A DNA stretch of 64,000 nucleotides from an uncultured Pelagibacteraceae bacterium (GTDB lineage: Bacteria; Pseudomonadota; Alphaproteobacteria; Pelagibacterales; Pelagibacteraceae): assembly GCA_902604175.1 (NCBI GenBank), contig CACKXR010000002.1, positions 5,750-69,749 of the forward strand, written 5' to 3'. Below are positions 29,497 through 39,566 of the stretch, piece by piece. The notes below the pieces were generated by a model. The model was given only the letters and a program-made list of their open reading frames with translations. It was not told the origin of the DNA and searched no databases. A program made the translations under genes and the position numbers. The stretch's first letter is position 1. Every line of letters begins with the position of its first letter.

Positions 29497-30321
29497 ATGT
29501 CTAAATATCTAATAGAAACTTATTATACGTGTACATTCAAAGTTAATCATTACTTAGATGATATCAATGAGGAAGAATTGAGAAATTTAGAAAAAAGAGA
29601 AGATGGAAAATTCGAAGTCTTAGATGTGAAATTGGATAACAGAAAAACTAAAAGCCTTGACCCCAAAAATAATAAAATTACGAATAACAAAAATGTTGAA
29701 ATATTAAAGAATACAGAGAGCTTAAATCCAATTAATAAAGAAAACGTAGTAACAAATCTAAATAAAGTATCAGAAAGAGGTGGAAAAAGATTCGGTATGC
29801 CTGATAGGAGAAAAGGTTACATCCAGAAGGCTACAATAGGGGATCACAAGGTCTATTTACACACTGGCGAATACGAAGATGGAAAAATTGGAGAAATTTT
29901 TATCGATACAAGCAAAGAAGGTGAACTAGTTAAAGCTCTAATGAATAATTTTGCAATTGCAGTATCACTTGGGCTTCAATACGGGGTGCCTTTAGATGAG
30001 TTTATTAGTGCATTTGTTGGAACAAAATTTGAGCCATCAGGTAAAGTTTTAGGAAATGATAGAATTTTAAGTGCAACGTCTATTTTAGATTATATTTTTA
30101 GAGAACTAGCAATTTCCTATCAAAATAGAGAAGATCTTGCTCACACACCTTCAATTGGTGGGAACGACACAAGTATTTTAGATGATCAAAACTCAGAGGG
30201 TCAAAATCAACTACTGAAAATTGTTAAAGATATTACCAGTAAAGGTTTTGTAAGAAATAATTATAAAAAAAATCTTGTAGATATGTCTGACATTAAGATT
30301 AGCCTAAAAGGAAAAAAATAA
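29497..30321 (+). CDS. stand-alone protein homologous to the C-terminal (TSCPD-like) domain of class II ribonucleotide reductase NrdJ
   Basis: [32 protein letters not shown]...[17 protein letters not shown]...FEP.G...[13 protein letters not shown] matches the alphaproteobacterial NrdJ tail. There is no catalytic barrel. SD GAGGT precedes the start. Confidence 0.8.
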   Translation: MSKYLIETYYTCTFKVNHYLDDINEEELRNLEKREDGKFEVLDVKLDNRKTKSLDPKNNKITNNKNVEILKNTESLNPINKENVVTNLNKVSERGGKRFGMPDRRKGYIQKATIGDHKVYLHTGEYEDGKIGEIFIDTSKEGELVKALMNNFAIAVSLGLQYGVPLDEFISAFVGTKFEPSGKVLGNDRILSATSILDYIFRELAISYQNREDLAHTPSIGGNDTSILDDQNSEGQNQLLKIVKDITSKGFVRNNYKKNLVDMSDIKISLKGKK

Positions 30322-30324
30322 CTT

Positions 30325-32109
30325 TTAATTTTTAGTTTTTATTGTGATATTTAATTCTTTTAATTGCTCTTGATTAATCTCTGAGGGTGCATTCATCATT
30401 AAATCTTGAGCATTTTGGTTCATTGGAAACATTGTAACTTCCCTTATATTTTTTTCATTGGCTAAAAGCATTACAATCCTATCTATACCAGGGGCAATTC
30501 CACCATGTGGTGGTGCGCCATAACTTAATGCATTAATCATCCCACTGAACTTTTCATCCACCTCTGATTTTTTATAACCTGCAATTGAAAAGAGTTTATA
30601 CATAAGATCAGGTTTATGATTTCTTATTGCACCAGAAGATAACTCTATACCATTGCAAACTATATCATATTGGTAAGCAAGAATATCGAGAGGATTATTG
30701 AAATCTTTGTCTTTTAATTCACCTTGTGGCATAGAAAATGGGTTATGACTAAATTTAATCTTATTTGTTAATTCATCTTTTTCAAACATTGGATAATCAA
30801 TTATCCAGCAGAAAGCAAAAATATCATCATCAATTAAATCTAAATCTTTCGCAATCTTATCTCTTGCTAATGCTGTTATTTTTTCTATTTCAGTTTGCTT
30901 TCCGCATGCTAGAAAAATACTGTCTCCTACCTCAGATTTGGTAATTTTCATTATTTCTAAAAGCGCCTCTTCTGAAAAAAATTTACCAACAGGTCCTTTA
31001 GCCGAAATTTTATTATCTTTTTCAAAAGTAAAGTATGCTAATCCGGAGGCGCCTTGGTCTTTAGCCCATTTATCTATATTATCAAAAAAACTTCTAGGTT
31101 TATCTTTTGTATTTTTGGTAGTAATAGATCTGACTTTGGATCCAGATTTTACTAATTTTTTAAAAATATCAAAAGAAACATCTGCTCTATAAAATATTTC
31201 TGTAATATCTTTTATAATTAGAGGATTTCTCAAATCAGGTTTATCACTTCCATACTTAAGCATTGCTTCAGTATACGGAATCTTTGGAAAAACATTATGC
31301 ATTAATTTTTTATTAGAAAAATTTTTAAAGGTGTTGACTAGCAGTTTTTCTACAACATTAAATATATCCTCTTGCTCAACGAATGACATTTCTAAATCAA
31401 GCTGGTAAAATTCTCCAGGACTTCTATCAGCTCTAGCATCTTCATCCCTAAAGCAAGGAGCTATTTGAAAATATTTATCAAAACCTGATACCATAATTAA
31501 TTGTTTAAATTGTTGCGGGGCTTGTGGTAAAGCATAAAATTTTCCTGGATTTAAACGACTTGGTACAAGAAAATCCCTTGCGCCTTCAGGGCTAGAAGAA
31601 GTTAAAATTGGAGTCTGAAATTCTAAAAAGCCTAACTTTGCCATCTCATTTCTAATGAAAGAAATAACTTTAGATCTTAAAACAATATTCTCATGAATTT
31701 TTTTTCTTCTTAGATCTAAAAATCTATACTTTAATCTTATTTCTTCTGAATATTCTTGGTCACTAAAAACAGGCATTGGTAATTCTTTACAGATCCCCAA
31801 TGTCTCATATTCTGATATTATAACCTCAATTTCTCCAGTCTCAATCTCAGCATTTATGGTCTCATCTGAACGATTTACAACTTTACCACTAACCTTTATA
31901 ACAGTCTCTAGTTGTGTCTTCTCTAATCCTGAGAAATTTTTATTTTCTTTGTCAATTATACACTGAGTAATCCCATAATTATCTCTAAGATCAATAAATA
32001 ATAAATTTCCGTGATCTCTTTTTTTATTTATCCATCCAGAAAGATAGACATTTTTATTTACATCACTTTTTCTTAGCTCGTTACATCTATGTGTTCTGTA
32101 TTTATTCAA
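30325..32109 (-). CDS. aspS: aspartate--tRNA ligase (probably non-discriminating)
   Basis: YRTH, RDHG (the His seen in non-discriminating enzymes), PEGARDF, LPQAPQQFKQ, FRDED and GAPPHGG..GIDR motifs. Confidence 0.97.
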   Translation of the reverse strand: MNKYRTHRCNELRKSDVNKNVYLSGWINKKRDHGNLLFIDLRDNYGITQCIIDKENKNFSGLEKTQLETVIKVSGKVVNRSDETINAEIETGEIEVIISEYETLGICKELPMPVFSDQEYSEEIRLKYRFLDLRRKKIHENIVLRSKVISFIRNEMAKLGFLEFQTPILTSSSPEGARDFLVPSRLNPGKFYALPQAPQQFKQLIMVSGFDKYFQIAPCFRDEDARADRSPGEFYQLDLEMSFVEQEDIFNVVEKLLVNTFKNFSNKKLMHNVFPKIPYTEAMLKYGSDKPDLRNPLIIKDITEIFYRADVSFDIFKKLVKSGSKVRSITTKNTKDKPRSFFDNIDKWAKDQGASGLAYFTFEKDNKISAKGPVGKFFSEEALLEIMKITKSEVGDSIFLACGKQTEIEKITALARDKIAKDLDLIDDDIFAFCWIIDYPMFEKDELTNKIKFSHNPFSMPQGELKDKDFNNPLDILAYQYDIVCNGIELSSGAIRNHKPDLMYKLFSIAGYKKSEVDEKFSGMINALSYGAPPHGGIAPGIDRIVMLLANEKNIREVTMFPMNQNAQDLMMNAPSEINQEQLKELNITIKTKN

Positions 32110-32772
32110 TTACTCTCCTAAAGCCTCTTTTATAATTTTAAAGTCGATTGGCTTTTTTCTTTTTAAACTAATTTCGTCGATTTTATATATGAAATGAGAT
32201 ATTTTGCTATAAGATCTACTTATTCTTTTAATAATAAAGTCAATTAACTTTTTATCAATCGAAATTTGACGATCAGATAAATTTTTCAATATCAATGCAT
32301 ACATTAAGTCATCTTCAGGTTTTTCTATTGTTGATAAAAGAAAATTCTTCATTCTTGAATTTAAATCAAGAAGTTTAAATTTAAACTCTACAATAGGTCT
32401 AGTAGAAGTGACTATAAGATATTTATTATCCTGTTCTATAGTATTAATTAGTGTAAACAATAAATTTTCATCTATGTTTTCCAAAAGATCTTCAATGACA
32501 ATATTCTCATATATTTTGATTTCATGTAAAAAATTGTTTGTAATATTGTTAGCTGAAATTTTAATTCCTTTAAAATTTTGTAAAAATATGTTTACCAAAT
32601 GAGATTTTCCAGAGAAACTTTCACCAATTAAATTAACAAAATTTTTTTCCCATTTAGGCCAACTATTTAAAAGTTTAAATGAATATACATTACTTTTAGA
32701 AACATAAAAATCCTGATGTTTAAAGTTCTGCTCATAATTAAATTTAAGAATTTGTTGATTTAAATTTTTCAC
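32110..32772 (-). CDS. hdaA: DnaA regulatory inactivator HdaA / DnaA-family ATPase
   Basis: N-terminal QQILKF clamp-binding-like motif, FYVSKSN, GESFSGKSHL and DLNSR. Probable GTG start overlapping the upstream TGA; conserved position near purM. Confidence 0.8.
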   Translation of the reverse strand: MKNLNQQILKFNYEQNFKHQDFYVSKSNVYSFKLLNSWPKWEKNFVNLIGESFSGKSHLVNIFLQNFKGIKISANNITNNFLHEIKIYENIVIEDLLENIDENLLFTLINTIEQDNKYLIVTSTRPIVEFKFKLLDLNSRMKNFLLSTIEKPEDDLMYALILKNLSDRQISIDKKLIDFIIKRISRSYSKISHFIYKIDEISLKRKKPIDFKIIKEALGE

Positions 32773-33848
32773 TTCATAACCCATATTTTATTAATTAACT
32801 CAAATTCATAATTAATATTTTTCATTACTTCAATAAACTTGTTGGGTGTTCCATTAAAAATTATTTTATAAATATTATTTTTGTTATCAAATTTATAAAT
32901 ATAAAAATTATAAATTAAGTCTAAATTAGAAAGCTTTTTCTCAAATTCATTGATTTTAATATTATTACTGTTTTTCACAGATATTGTTAAAGGTAATTTA
33001 ACAGACGTGTTTATCTCGTTTTGGGACTTCCAATAATCTTCAAATGAAATTTTTAAAATTTCTATTAATTTGTTAACTTCATTAATATTATTAAAATCAA
33101 TATTTTTAAGTAGATTATTTTTTAAAGTTTTTTTGTTATCAAAATTAATTTTATTTAAAAGCCTAATTTGATCAGAACCTATAAAAAATATGGAAATGAT
33201 ATAATTTTTAAGATTATATTTTTTTACTACTTCTAAAAATTTGAAATTTTCTAAGTTTTCAATATTTTTTTTAACTAAGTTTATATCTTCAAGATCTTCT
33301 GTAGGTAAAATATAATTCAAAAGGTCATAATTTTTTACATTAGAATTCCAAAGATTATATATAGTATTATCCGAAAACATTTTTACTTGATTTTTATTTT
33401 GATCAACAATTATCGGTATGAAAACAATATCTTTTTTTACTGGTAAGGATGGAAAAATATTTTCATTTTCATATAAATCGAAGACAATTTTTTTATTAAA
33501 TGATACATTAAGTTTTATATAATAAATTTCATTAACAAATTTTTCCTCTTTAATTGAAAATGTGTCAATCATGCTTTTAATTTGATTGAGTTTTATTTTT
33601 TTTAGTTTCTGATAATCTTTAGATTGAACAGTAGATAAAATTAGCTGATTAAAAGCTTGAATAAAGCCTTCGTCTATTATTTTGTCTTTATCAAAATTTA
33701 TCTTGAAAGGGGTAGATAACTCAACATCATTAATAGAAAATGTCTTAGCAGCACTAATTCCTGTGGAAAAAAAAATATTAAATACAGCGGAAAATAAAAA
33801 AAAAATATATAACTTTCTTAATTTTATATTTTGATAAATATGTTTCAT
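32769..33848 (-). CDS. exported hypothetical protein (DUF2066-like)
   Basis: Signal-peptide-like N-terminus, weak AF.QL...IDTFSI..E...Y...L.V.F pattern, and conserved position divergent from purM. Confidence 0.6.
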   Translation of the reverse strand: MKHIYQNIKLRKLYIFFLFSAVFNIFFSTGISAAKTFSINDVELSTPFKINFDKDKIIDEGFIQAFNQLILSTVQSKDYQKLKKIKLNQIKSMIDTFSIKEEKFVNEIYYIKLNVSFNKKIVFDLYENENIFPSLPVKKDIVFIPIIVDQNKNQVKMFSDNTIYNLWNSNVKNYDLLNYILPTEDLEDINLVKKNIENLENFKFLEVVKKYNLKNYIISIFFIGSDQIRLLNKINFDNKKTLKNNLLKNIDFNNINEVNKLIEILKISFEDYWKSQNEINTSVKLPLTISVKNSNNIKINEFEKKLSNLDLIYNFYIYKFDNKNNIYKIIFNGTPNKFIEVMKNINYEFELINKIWVMK

Positions 33849-33859
33849 AGACCTTTTTA

Positions 33860-34888
33860 ATGAATAAAAAAAAATTTACCTATAAAAAAAGTGGTGTAAA
33901 TATCAATGCCGCTGAAAAATTTGTTAACTTCATTTCTAATGTTTCACCAAAGAAAAAAGGCAAAAAAAAGTTTTCAAATATTGGTGGATTTGGGTCTATA
34001 ACAAGTATTCCTAATGGAATTAACCAACCAAAAATTGTAGCATGTACAGATGGTGTTGGTACTAAAATAGAGATAGCAAACACGCTAAATAAGTACGATA
34101 CAATTGGTGTAGATTTAGTTGCAATGAGTGTCAACGATTTAATAGTACAAGGTGCGAGACCCCTTTTGTTTCTAGACTATATTTCGATAAATAAAATTGA
34201 CTTAAAAAAAATGAAATCGATAATCAAAGGCATAATTAAGGGTTGTAGATTGTCAGGTTGCGAATTGGTTGGAGGTGAGACAGCTGAAATGCCTGGGACA
34301 TATGAAAAAGATAAATTTGATATTGCAGGTTTTGCAGTGGGTGTAGTTGATAAAAATAGAATTTTAAATAAAAATAAAATAAAAGAAAATAATCTTGTAT
34401 TGGCTATACCATCAAGTGGTTTGCATTCAAATGGTTTTTCATTGGTAAGATATCTTATAAATCAAAAAAAAATTAACATCAGAAAAAATAAATTTTTAAA
34501 ATATGAATTTTTAAAACCAACTCAAATATATGTTCATGAAATTTTAAAATTATGTGAAAGAAATCTAATTAATGGTTGTGCAAATATAACAGGTGGAGGT
34601 TTATTAGATAATATCAAAAGAGTAATTCCCAATAACTTTGTTGCAGATATCAATTTAAATCAAATAAAAACTTTAAAGATTTTTAAATGGTTAAAAAATA
34701 ATGAGATATCAGATAAGGAAATGCTTAGAACATTTAATTGTGGTGTTGGATTTTGTATAATAATAAATCCTAAAAATTTAGAAAAAGTCAAAAAATATTT
34801 TTCGAAAAAGTTTGAACCATATGTAATAGGTAAAATTTCTAAAGGTAATAATAAGGTAAAATTAAGTGGCTCAATCAACTGGTCCTAA
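33860..34888 (+). CDS. purM: phosphoribosylformylglycinamidine cyclo-ligase
   Basis: YKKSGVNI, TDGVGTK, GGETAEMPG, GLHSNGFS and TFNCGVG motifs. Confidence 0.98.
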   Translation: MNKKKFTYKKSGVNINAAEKFVNFISNVSPKKKGKKKFSNIGGFGSITSIPNGINQPKIVACTDGVGTKIEIANTLNKYDTIGVDLVAMSVNDLIVQGARPLLFLDYISINKIDLKKMKSIIKGIIKGCRLSGCELVGGETAEMPGTYEKDKFDIAGFAVGVVDKNRILNKNKIKENNLVLAIPSSGLHSNGFSLVRYLINQKKINIRKNKFLKYEFLKPTQIYVHEILKLCERNLINGCANITGGGLLDNIKRVIPNNFVADINLNQIKTLKIFKWLKNNEISDKEMLRTFNCGVGFCIIINPKNLEKVKKYFSKKFEPYVIGKISKGNNKVKLSGSINWS

Positions 34889-35447
34889 AAAAATAAAATG
34901 TGCAGTATTTATTTCTGGAACAGGAACCAACCTAAAATCACTAATTCAATTCTCGAAAAAAAAAAATTCACCAATATCAATAAATTTAATTATTTCTGAT
35001 AATTCAAAAGCTAAAGGGTTAAAATTTGGGAAAATTTATAAAATTTCAAACAAAGTTTTTAATTATAAAAATAAGATAATTGCTGAAAAAAAAATGATTT
35101 CTGAAATTAAAAACAAGAATATCAAATTTATTTGTCTTGCAGGATTTATGAAAATACTATCAAAAAAATTTATAAGAAACTTTGATGGGAAAATATTAAA
35201 TATTCATCCATCTCTTTTACCTAAGTATAAAGGTTTAAATACTCACCAAAGAGCAATATCCAATGGTGAAAAATACTCCGGTTGCACAGTGCATTTTGTT
35301 AACTCTAAATTAGACTCTGGAAAAATTATTCTTCAAAAAAAAATTAAAATTAGCAAACGTGATACAGCTAAATCTTTAGCAAAAAAAATTTTGGCTCAAG
35401 AGCACAAACTTTATCCAAAAGCAATCAGGAAAGTATTTAATCTTTAA
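34866..35447 (+). CDS. purN: phosphoribosylglycinamide formyltransferase
   Basis: SGTGTNL, LAGFMKIL, NIHPSLLP, GCTVH and EHKLYP motifs. Confidence 0.97.
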   Translation: MAQSTGPKKIKCAVFISGTGTNLKSLIQFSKKKNSPISINLIISDNSKAKGLKFGKIYKISNKVFNYKNKIIAEKKMISEIKNKNIKFICLAGFMKILSKKFIRNFDGKILNIHPSLLPKYKGLNTHQRAISNGEKYSGCTVHFVNSKLDSGKIILQKKIKISKRDTAKSLAKKILAQEHKLYPKAIRKVFNL

Positions 35448-35847
35448 AAAAGAAATCTATTTCAATTTTTGCGTTCTCAACACTATCAGAGCCATGTACT
35501 GAATTTTTATCTATTGATATACCATATTTTTTTCGAATAGTGCCCTCTTTAGCTTCTTTAGGGTTTGTAGCTCCCATCAACTCTCTATTTCCAATAACTG
35601 CATTATCTTTTTCAAGAATCATTACAACAATAGGTCCTGATGACAGATATGCACATAAATCACTAAAAAAAGGCTTAGTTTCATGAACTTTATAAAATTT
35701 TTCAGCTTCAAATTTTTCGATTTGTATTTTTTTTTCCTTCAATATTGAAAAACCATTATTTTTAAATATTCCTTTAATTTCATTTTCAAGATTTCTTTCA
35801 ACTGCGTCTGGTTTTATAATTGATAAAGTTTGTTCTAAATTACTCAT
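35437..35847 (-). CDS. ndk: nucleoside diphosphate kinase
   Basis: IIKPDA, GATNP and NSVHGSDS motifs. Confidence 0.98.
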   Translation of the reverse strand: MSNLEQTLSIIKPDAVERNLENEIKGIFKNNGFSILKEKKIQIEKFEAEKFYKVHETKPFFSDLCAYLSSGPIVVMILEKDNAVIGNRELMGATNPKEAKEGTIRKKYGISIDKNSVHGSDSVENAKIEIDFFFKD

Positions 35848-37294
35848 AATTATCTTCTATTAGTTTATTTAATAATCTTACTCCATACCCTGTTGCACCA
35901 CCTGAGTTAAGAGCGCCCCCATACTTAGAAAAAGCCATACCAGCAATATCTAAATGCGCCCAAGGAGTTTTGTTTAAAATAAATCTTTGTAAAAATTGTG
36001 CTGCAGTAGTTGAACCAGCACCCCCAACATAATTAATATTCTGCATATCCGCAATTTTTGAGTCAATCAGTTTGTCATAATTTTTATTTAAAGGCATTCT
36101 CCAAACTTTTTCTTCTGTTTGCTCACCAGAATCAATTAATTGTTTTGATAATTTATTGTCATTTGAAAATAAACCAGCATATTCTGATCCTAAAGAAACT
36201 ATGATGGCTCCAGTTAAAGTGGCTAAATCGACAATAATTTTTGGTTTATATTTCTCCTCTGTATATGTAAGTGCATCTGCTAATACTAACCTACCCTCTG
36301 CATCAGTATTTAAAATTTCAACTGTTTTTCCGCTATAAGATTTTACAATATCTCCTGGTCTTTGAGCATTTCCACCAGGCATATTTTCAACCAGTCCAAC
36401 AACACCTACTGCATTAACTTTTGCTTTTCTCAAAGCTAAGTTTTTCATTAACCCAACTACAGTAGCTGATCCAGCCATATCATATGTCATATCCTCCATA
36501 AATTTTGCAGGTTTGAGGGATATACCACCAGTATCAAAGCAAACACCTTTGCCAACAAAAGCTAAAGGTTTAGAATTGTCTTTTAGCCCATTCCATTCCA
36601 TTGTAACTAAATAAGATCCCCTTATGCTTCCTTGTCCCACACCTAACAAAGTATTCATTCCCATTTTTTTTAGTTTTTTTTCATCATAAATATTAATTTT
36701 TAAACCAATTTTTTTTAACAATTTTAATCTTTTTGCATATTCATCAGGGTGTAAAATGTTTCCAGGTTCAGATACTAAATCCCTTGCAAAAAAAGTTCCA
36801 TCCTCGATAGCTTTAAATTTAATTTGATCAGTTTTAGATGGTAAGTTTTTTCCAATTACAGTTAAAATAATTTTTTTTTTATTTTTTTTAGATTTATATT
36901 TTTCAAAAGTATACGACTTCAATTTTATTCCGTGCAAAAAATAACCAACTAGCTTTTTTGATGAATTTTTAATTGTATCTGAATTTATAACAAAATTATT
37001 TTCTCTGATTTTTTTTATTTTTTCATAAAATTTAGCACCCAAATTTTCTGTTTCTGAAGTTGTGATATTTTTTTTATAAGAAACTAAAATTATTTTTTTC
37101 TTAGAGCTAACATCAAAAAATATTATTTTTTCTTTTTTATCTTTATTTTTTAATAAATCTCTTATGTAGGTATTATCTGACTTCGAAAGATACCTATTTA
37201 AAAAAGATGTATTAAAATTTTCATCCACAAATAATGTTATGATATTTGGATTTTTTATTAATTTTTTACTATTATAATTTATTTGTACGGACAT
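35840..37294 (-). CDS. pepA: leucyl aminopeptidase (M17)
   Basis: VGKGVCFDTGG, DMAGSA, NTDAEGRL and DLATLTGA motifs. Confidence 0.97.
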   Translation of the reverse strand: MSVQINYNSKKLIKNPNIITLFVDENFNTSFLNRYLSKSDNTYIRDLLKNKDKKEKIIFFDVSSKKKIILVSYKKNITTSETENLGAKFYEKIKKIRENNFVINSDTIKNSSKKLVGYFLHGIKLKSYTFEKYKSKKNKKKIILTVIGKNLPSKTDQIKFKAIEDGTFFARDLVSEPGNILHPDEYAKRLKLLKKIGLKINIYDEKKLKKMGMNTLLGVGQGSIRGSYLVTMEWNGLKDNSKPLAFVGKGVCFDTGGISLKPAKFMEDMTYDMAGSATVVGLMKNLALRKAKVNAVGVVGLVENMPGGNAQRPGDIVKSYSGKTVEILNTDAEGRLVLADALTYTEEKYKPKIIVDLATLTGAIIVSLGSEYAGLFSNDNKLSKQLIDSGEQTEEKVWRMPLNKNYDKLIDSKIADMQNINYVGGAGSTTAAQFLQRFILNKTPWAHLDIAGMAFSKYGGALNSGGATGYGVRLLNKLIEDNYE

Positions 37295-37354
37295 AAATTT
37301 TAATTACACTTGAAAGAATATGGATGTTATATATGTAAAAAATACCATAATTCA

Positions 37355-38488
37355 ATGAAAAAAATCTTATTCAGAAAAATACTATTTGACTGCTTGAAGT
37401 TTTTTAGTGTTGCAATAATTGGAATAGGTTCAATTGTGTGGGTCTTTCAGGCAGTAAATTATTTAGATATAATGGTGGAAGATGGTAGAAACTATCAAGT
37501 ATATTTTCAATATACCATATTAAGCTTTCCAAAAATTATAAGTAAAATTTTCCCTTTTGCGATTTTTTTATCCTTTTTTTACATAATTTCAAAATATGAA
37601 AATAATAATGAATTAATAATTTTCTGGACACATGGAATAAAAAAATTGCAGGTAATAAATTTTTTTTTTAAAGCGTCTTTGGCTTTGATGATTTTTCAAA
37701 TAATTTTTATATCATTTTTAGTCCCATTCACACAAGATAAAGCAAAATCTATTATTAAAGACTCTAATGTAAATTTTTTGGAAAGTTTTATAGTTCCCAA
37801 AACATTTAATGATGTAATCAAAGGAGTTACTATATATACAGATGAAAAGAAACAAGATGGTAGTCTCAAAAATATTTTTATAAAAAAAAATACTGGGTCT
37901 TCTAATTTTGAAATCACTTTTTCACAAAGAGGAAAAATTCAAAATCGAAACAATACCCAAATTCTTGTTTTATTTGATGGTCAAAATATAAAAGGTAACA
38001 ATAATAATCTAGATAGCTTTAGTTTTTCTAAGTCAGATTTTAATTTGTCAAATTTAGAATCAAATACAATCACTTATAAGAAAACTCAGGAAAATTCAAC
38101 TTTAGAGCTTTTAAATTGTTACATCAGTTTGAAAGAGACAGACAATGAAAAAATTAATAAATTTGATGTAGAAAATTGTAGTATTTCAAATTTATCAAAT
38201 ATATTTAGAGAGCTTTATAAAAGATTTATCATTCCATTATATATTCCTTTATTAATTTTAGTATCATTGATCTTAGTTATGATTTCAAAGGAGAAATCTA
38301 ATTATTCAAAATTAAAATTTTTAATTTTTTTGTTTGGTTTAATACTTATTATTTTTTCAGAAAGTTCTTTAAGATTTGTCAATAACAATCTTTTAGATAA
38401 TATAAAATTAATATTAATTCCATTTTTCTTAATCGTTATTTTCTATAGTACAATAATTTATAGACTAAACTCACATATTATTAGATAA
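37355..38488 (+). CDS. lptF: LPS export ABC permease LptF
   Basis: 3+3 TM topology with a periplasmic beta domain and the NNELIIFWTHG motif; precedes lptG-lptD. Start set at the ATG at 37355. Confidence 0.82.
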   Translation: MKKILFRKILFDCLKFFSVAIIGIGSIVWVFQAVNYLDIMVEDGRNYQVYFQYTILSFPKIISKIFPFAIFLSFFYIISKYENNNELIIFWTHGIKKLQVINFFFKASLALMIFQIIFISFLVPFTQDKAKSIIKDSNVNFLESFIVPKTFNDVIKGVTIYTDEKKQDGSLKNIFIKKNTGSSNFEITFSQRGKIQNRNNTQILVLFDGQNIKGNNNNLDSFSFSKSDFNLSNLESNTITYKKTQENSTLELLNCYISLKETDNEKINKFDVENCSISNLSNIFRELYKRFIIPLYIPLLILVSLILVMISKEKSNYSKLKFLIFLFGLILIIFSESSLRFVNNNLLDNIKLILIPFFLIVIFYSTIIYRLNSHIIR

Positions 38489-38492
38489 TATT

Positions 38493-39566
38493 ATGTCTAC
38501 ATATATTAAATTTATTATTGTTAGTTTTCTCAAATCATTTCTAAATATATTCCTGGTAATGTTTGCGTTAGTTTTAATATTAAACTTATTAAGTGAATTA
38601 GATTTTTTTAAAGATATAAATGTAAACACATACTTTCCACTTTATCTATCATTTCTTAACTCAATTTCACATATTTTTGAAATGCTTCCTTTTATTTTTT
38701 TAATTAGTACGCAATTTTTTTTTATTAATTTTATTAATAATAATGAGCTAGATATTTTTAAATATTCAGGTCTTAAAAATATAAATATTATAAAGATATT
38801 AAGCTTAACAACTTTATTAATGGGCGTTTTATTTGTAGTTTTATTGTATAACTTCTCGTCAAATCTTAAAAATATTTATTTAGAATTAAAATCAAGTTAT
38901 ACTTCTGATGATAAATATCTAGCAGTTATAACAAATAACGGTTTATGGATAAAAGACAAAATTGACGGAAAAACACTTATTATTAATTCAAATAAAATTG
39001 AAAATAACTTTTTGGTTGAAACTTTTATCAGTGAGTTTGATGAAAATTTTAAAAATATAAGAAATATTCAAAGTGACAAAGTAAATATTCAAAATAATGA
39101 GTGGTTGATTAAAAATGCGAAAGTTTATAAGGAAAATATATCAACCGAGATAAAAAACTTAAAAATTAAATCAAATTTTAATTTCGAAAGAATTCAAACT
39201 TTATTTTCAAATTTATCTTCTTTGTCTATACTTGAGTTATTAGATCTTAAAAATAATTATAAATTACTTGGTTATTCTACTGTAAAGGTAGATGTTCATC
39301 TTCATAAACTTTCATCTTATCCAATTTATTTTATTTTAATTGTAATTTTTTCATCAATCATAATGTTTAATTTAAGGAATTACAAAAGCACTGGATTTAA
39401 AATCATTATTGGATTATTTTCAGCAGTTTTAATCTATTATGTAAATAATTTTTTTTATGTTCTTGGAAATACTGAACGTATTGCAATAATAGTAGCAATT
39501 TGGCTACCACTATTGATGCTTAGTTTTATAAATATATTAATGTTAAAAAATATAAATGATAAATAA
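38493..39566 (+). CDS. lptG: LPS export ABC permease LptG
   Basis: NNELDIFKYSG, GLWIKD and AIWLP motifs; YjgP/YjgQ topology. Confidence 0.82.
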   Translation: MSTYIKFIIVSFLKSFLNIFLVMFALVLILNLLSELDFFKDINVNTYFPLYLSFLNSISHIFEMLPFIFLISTQFFFINFINNNELDIFKYSGLKNINIIKILSLTTLLMGVLFVVLLYNFSSNLKNIYLELKSSYTSDDKYLAVITNNGLWIKDKIDGKTLIINSNKIENNFLVETFISEFDENFKNIRNIQSDKVNIQNNEWLIKNAKVYKENISTEIKNLKIKSNFNFERIQTLFSNLSSLSILELLDLKNNYKLLGYSTVKVDVHLHKLSSYPIYFILIVIFSSIIMFNLRNYKSTGFKIIIGLFSAVLIYYVNNFFYVLGNTERIAIIVAIWLPLLMLSFINILMLKNINDK

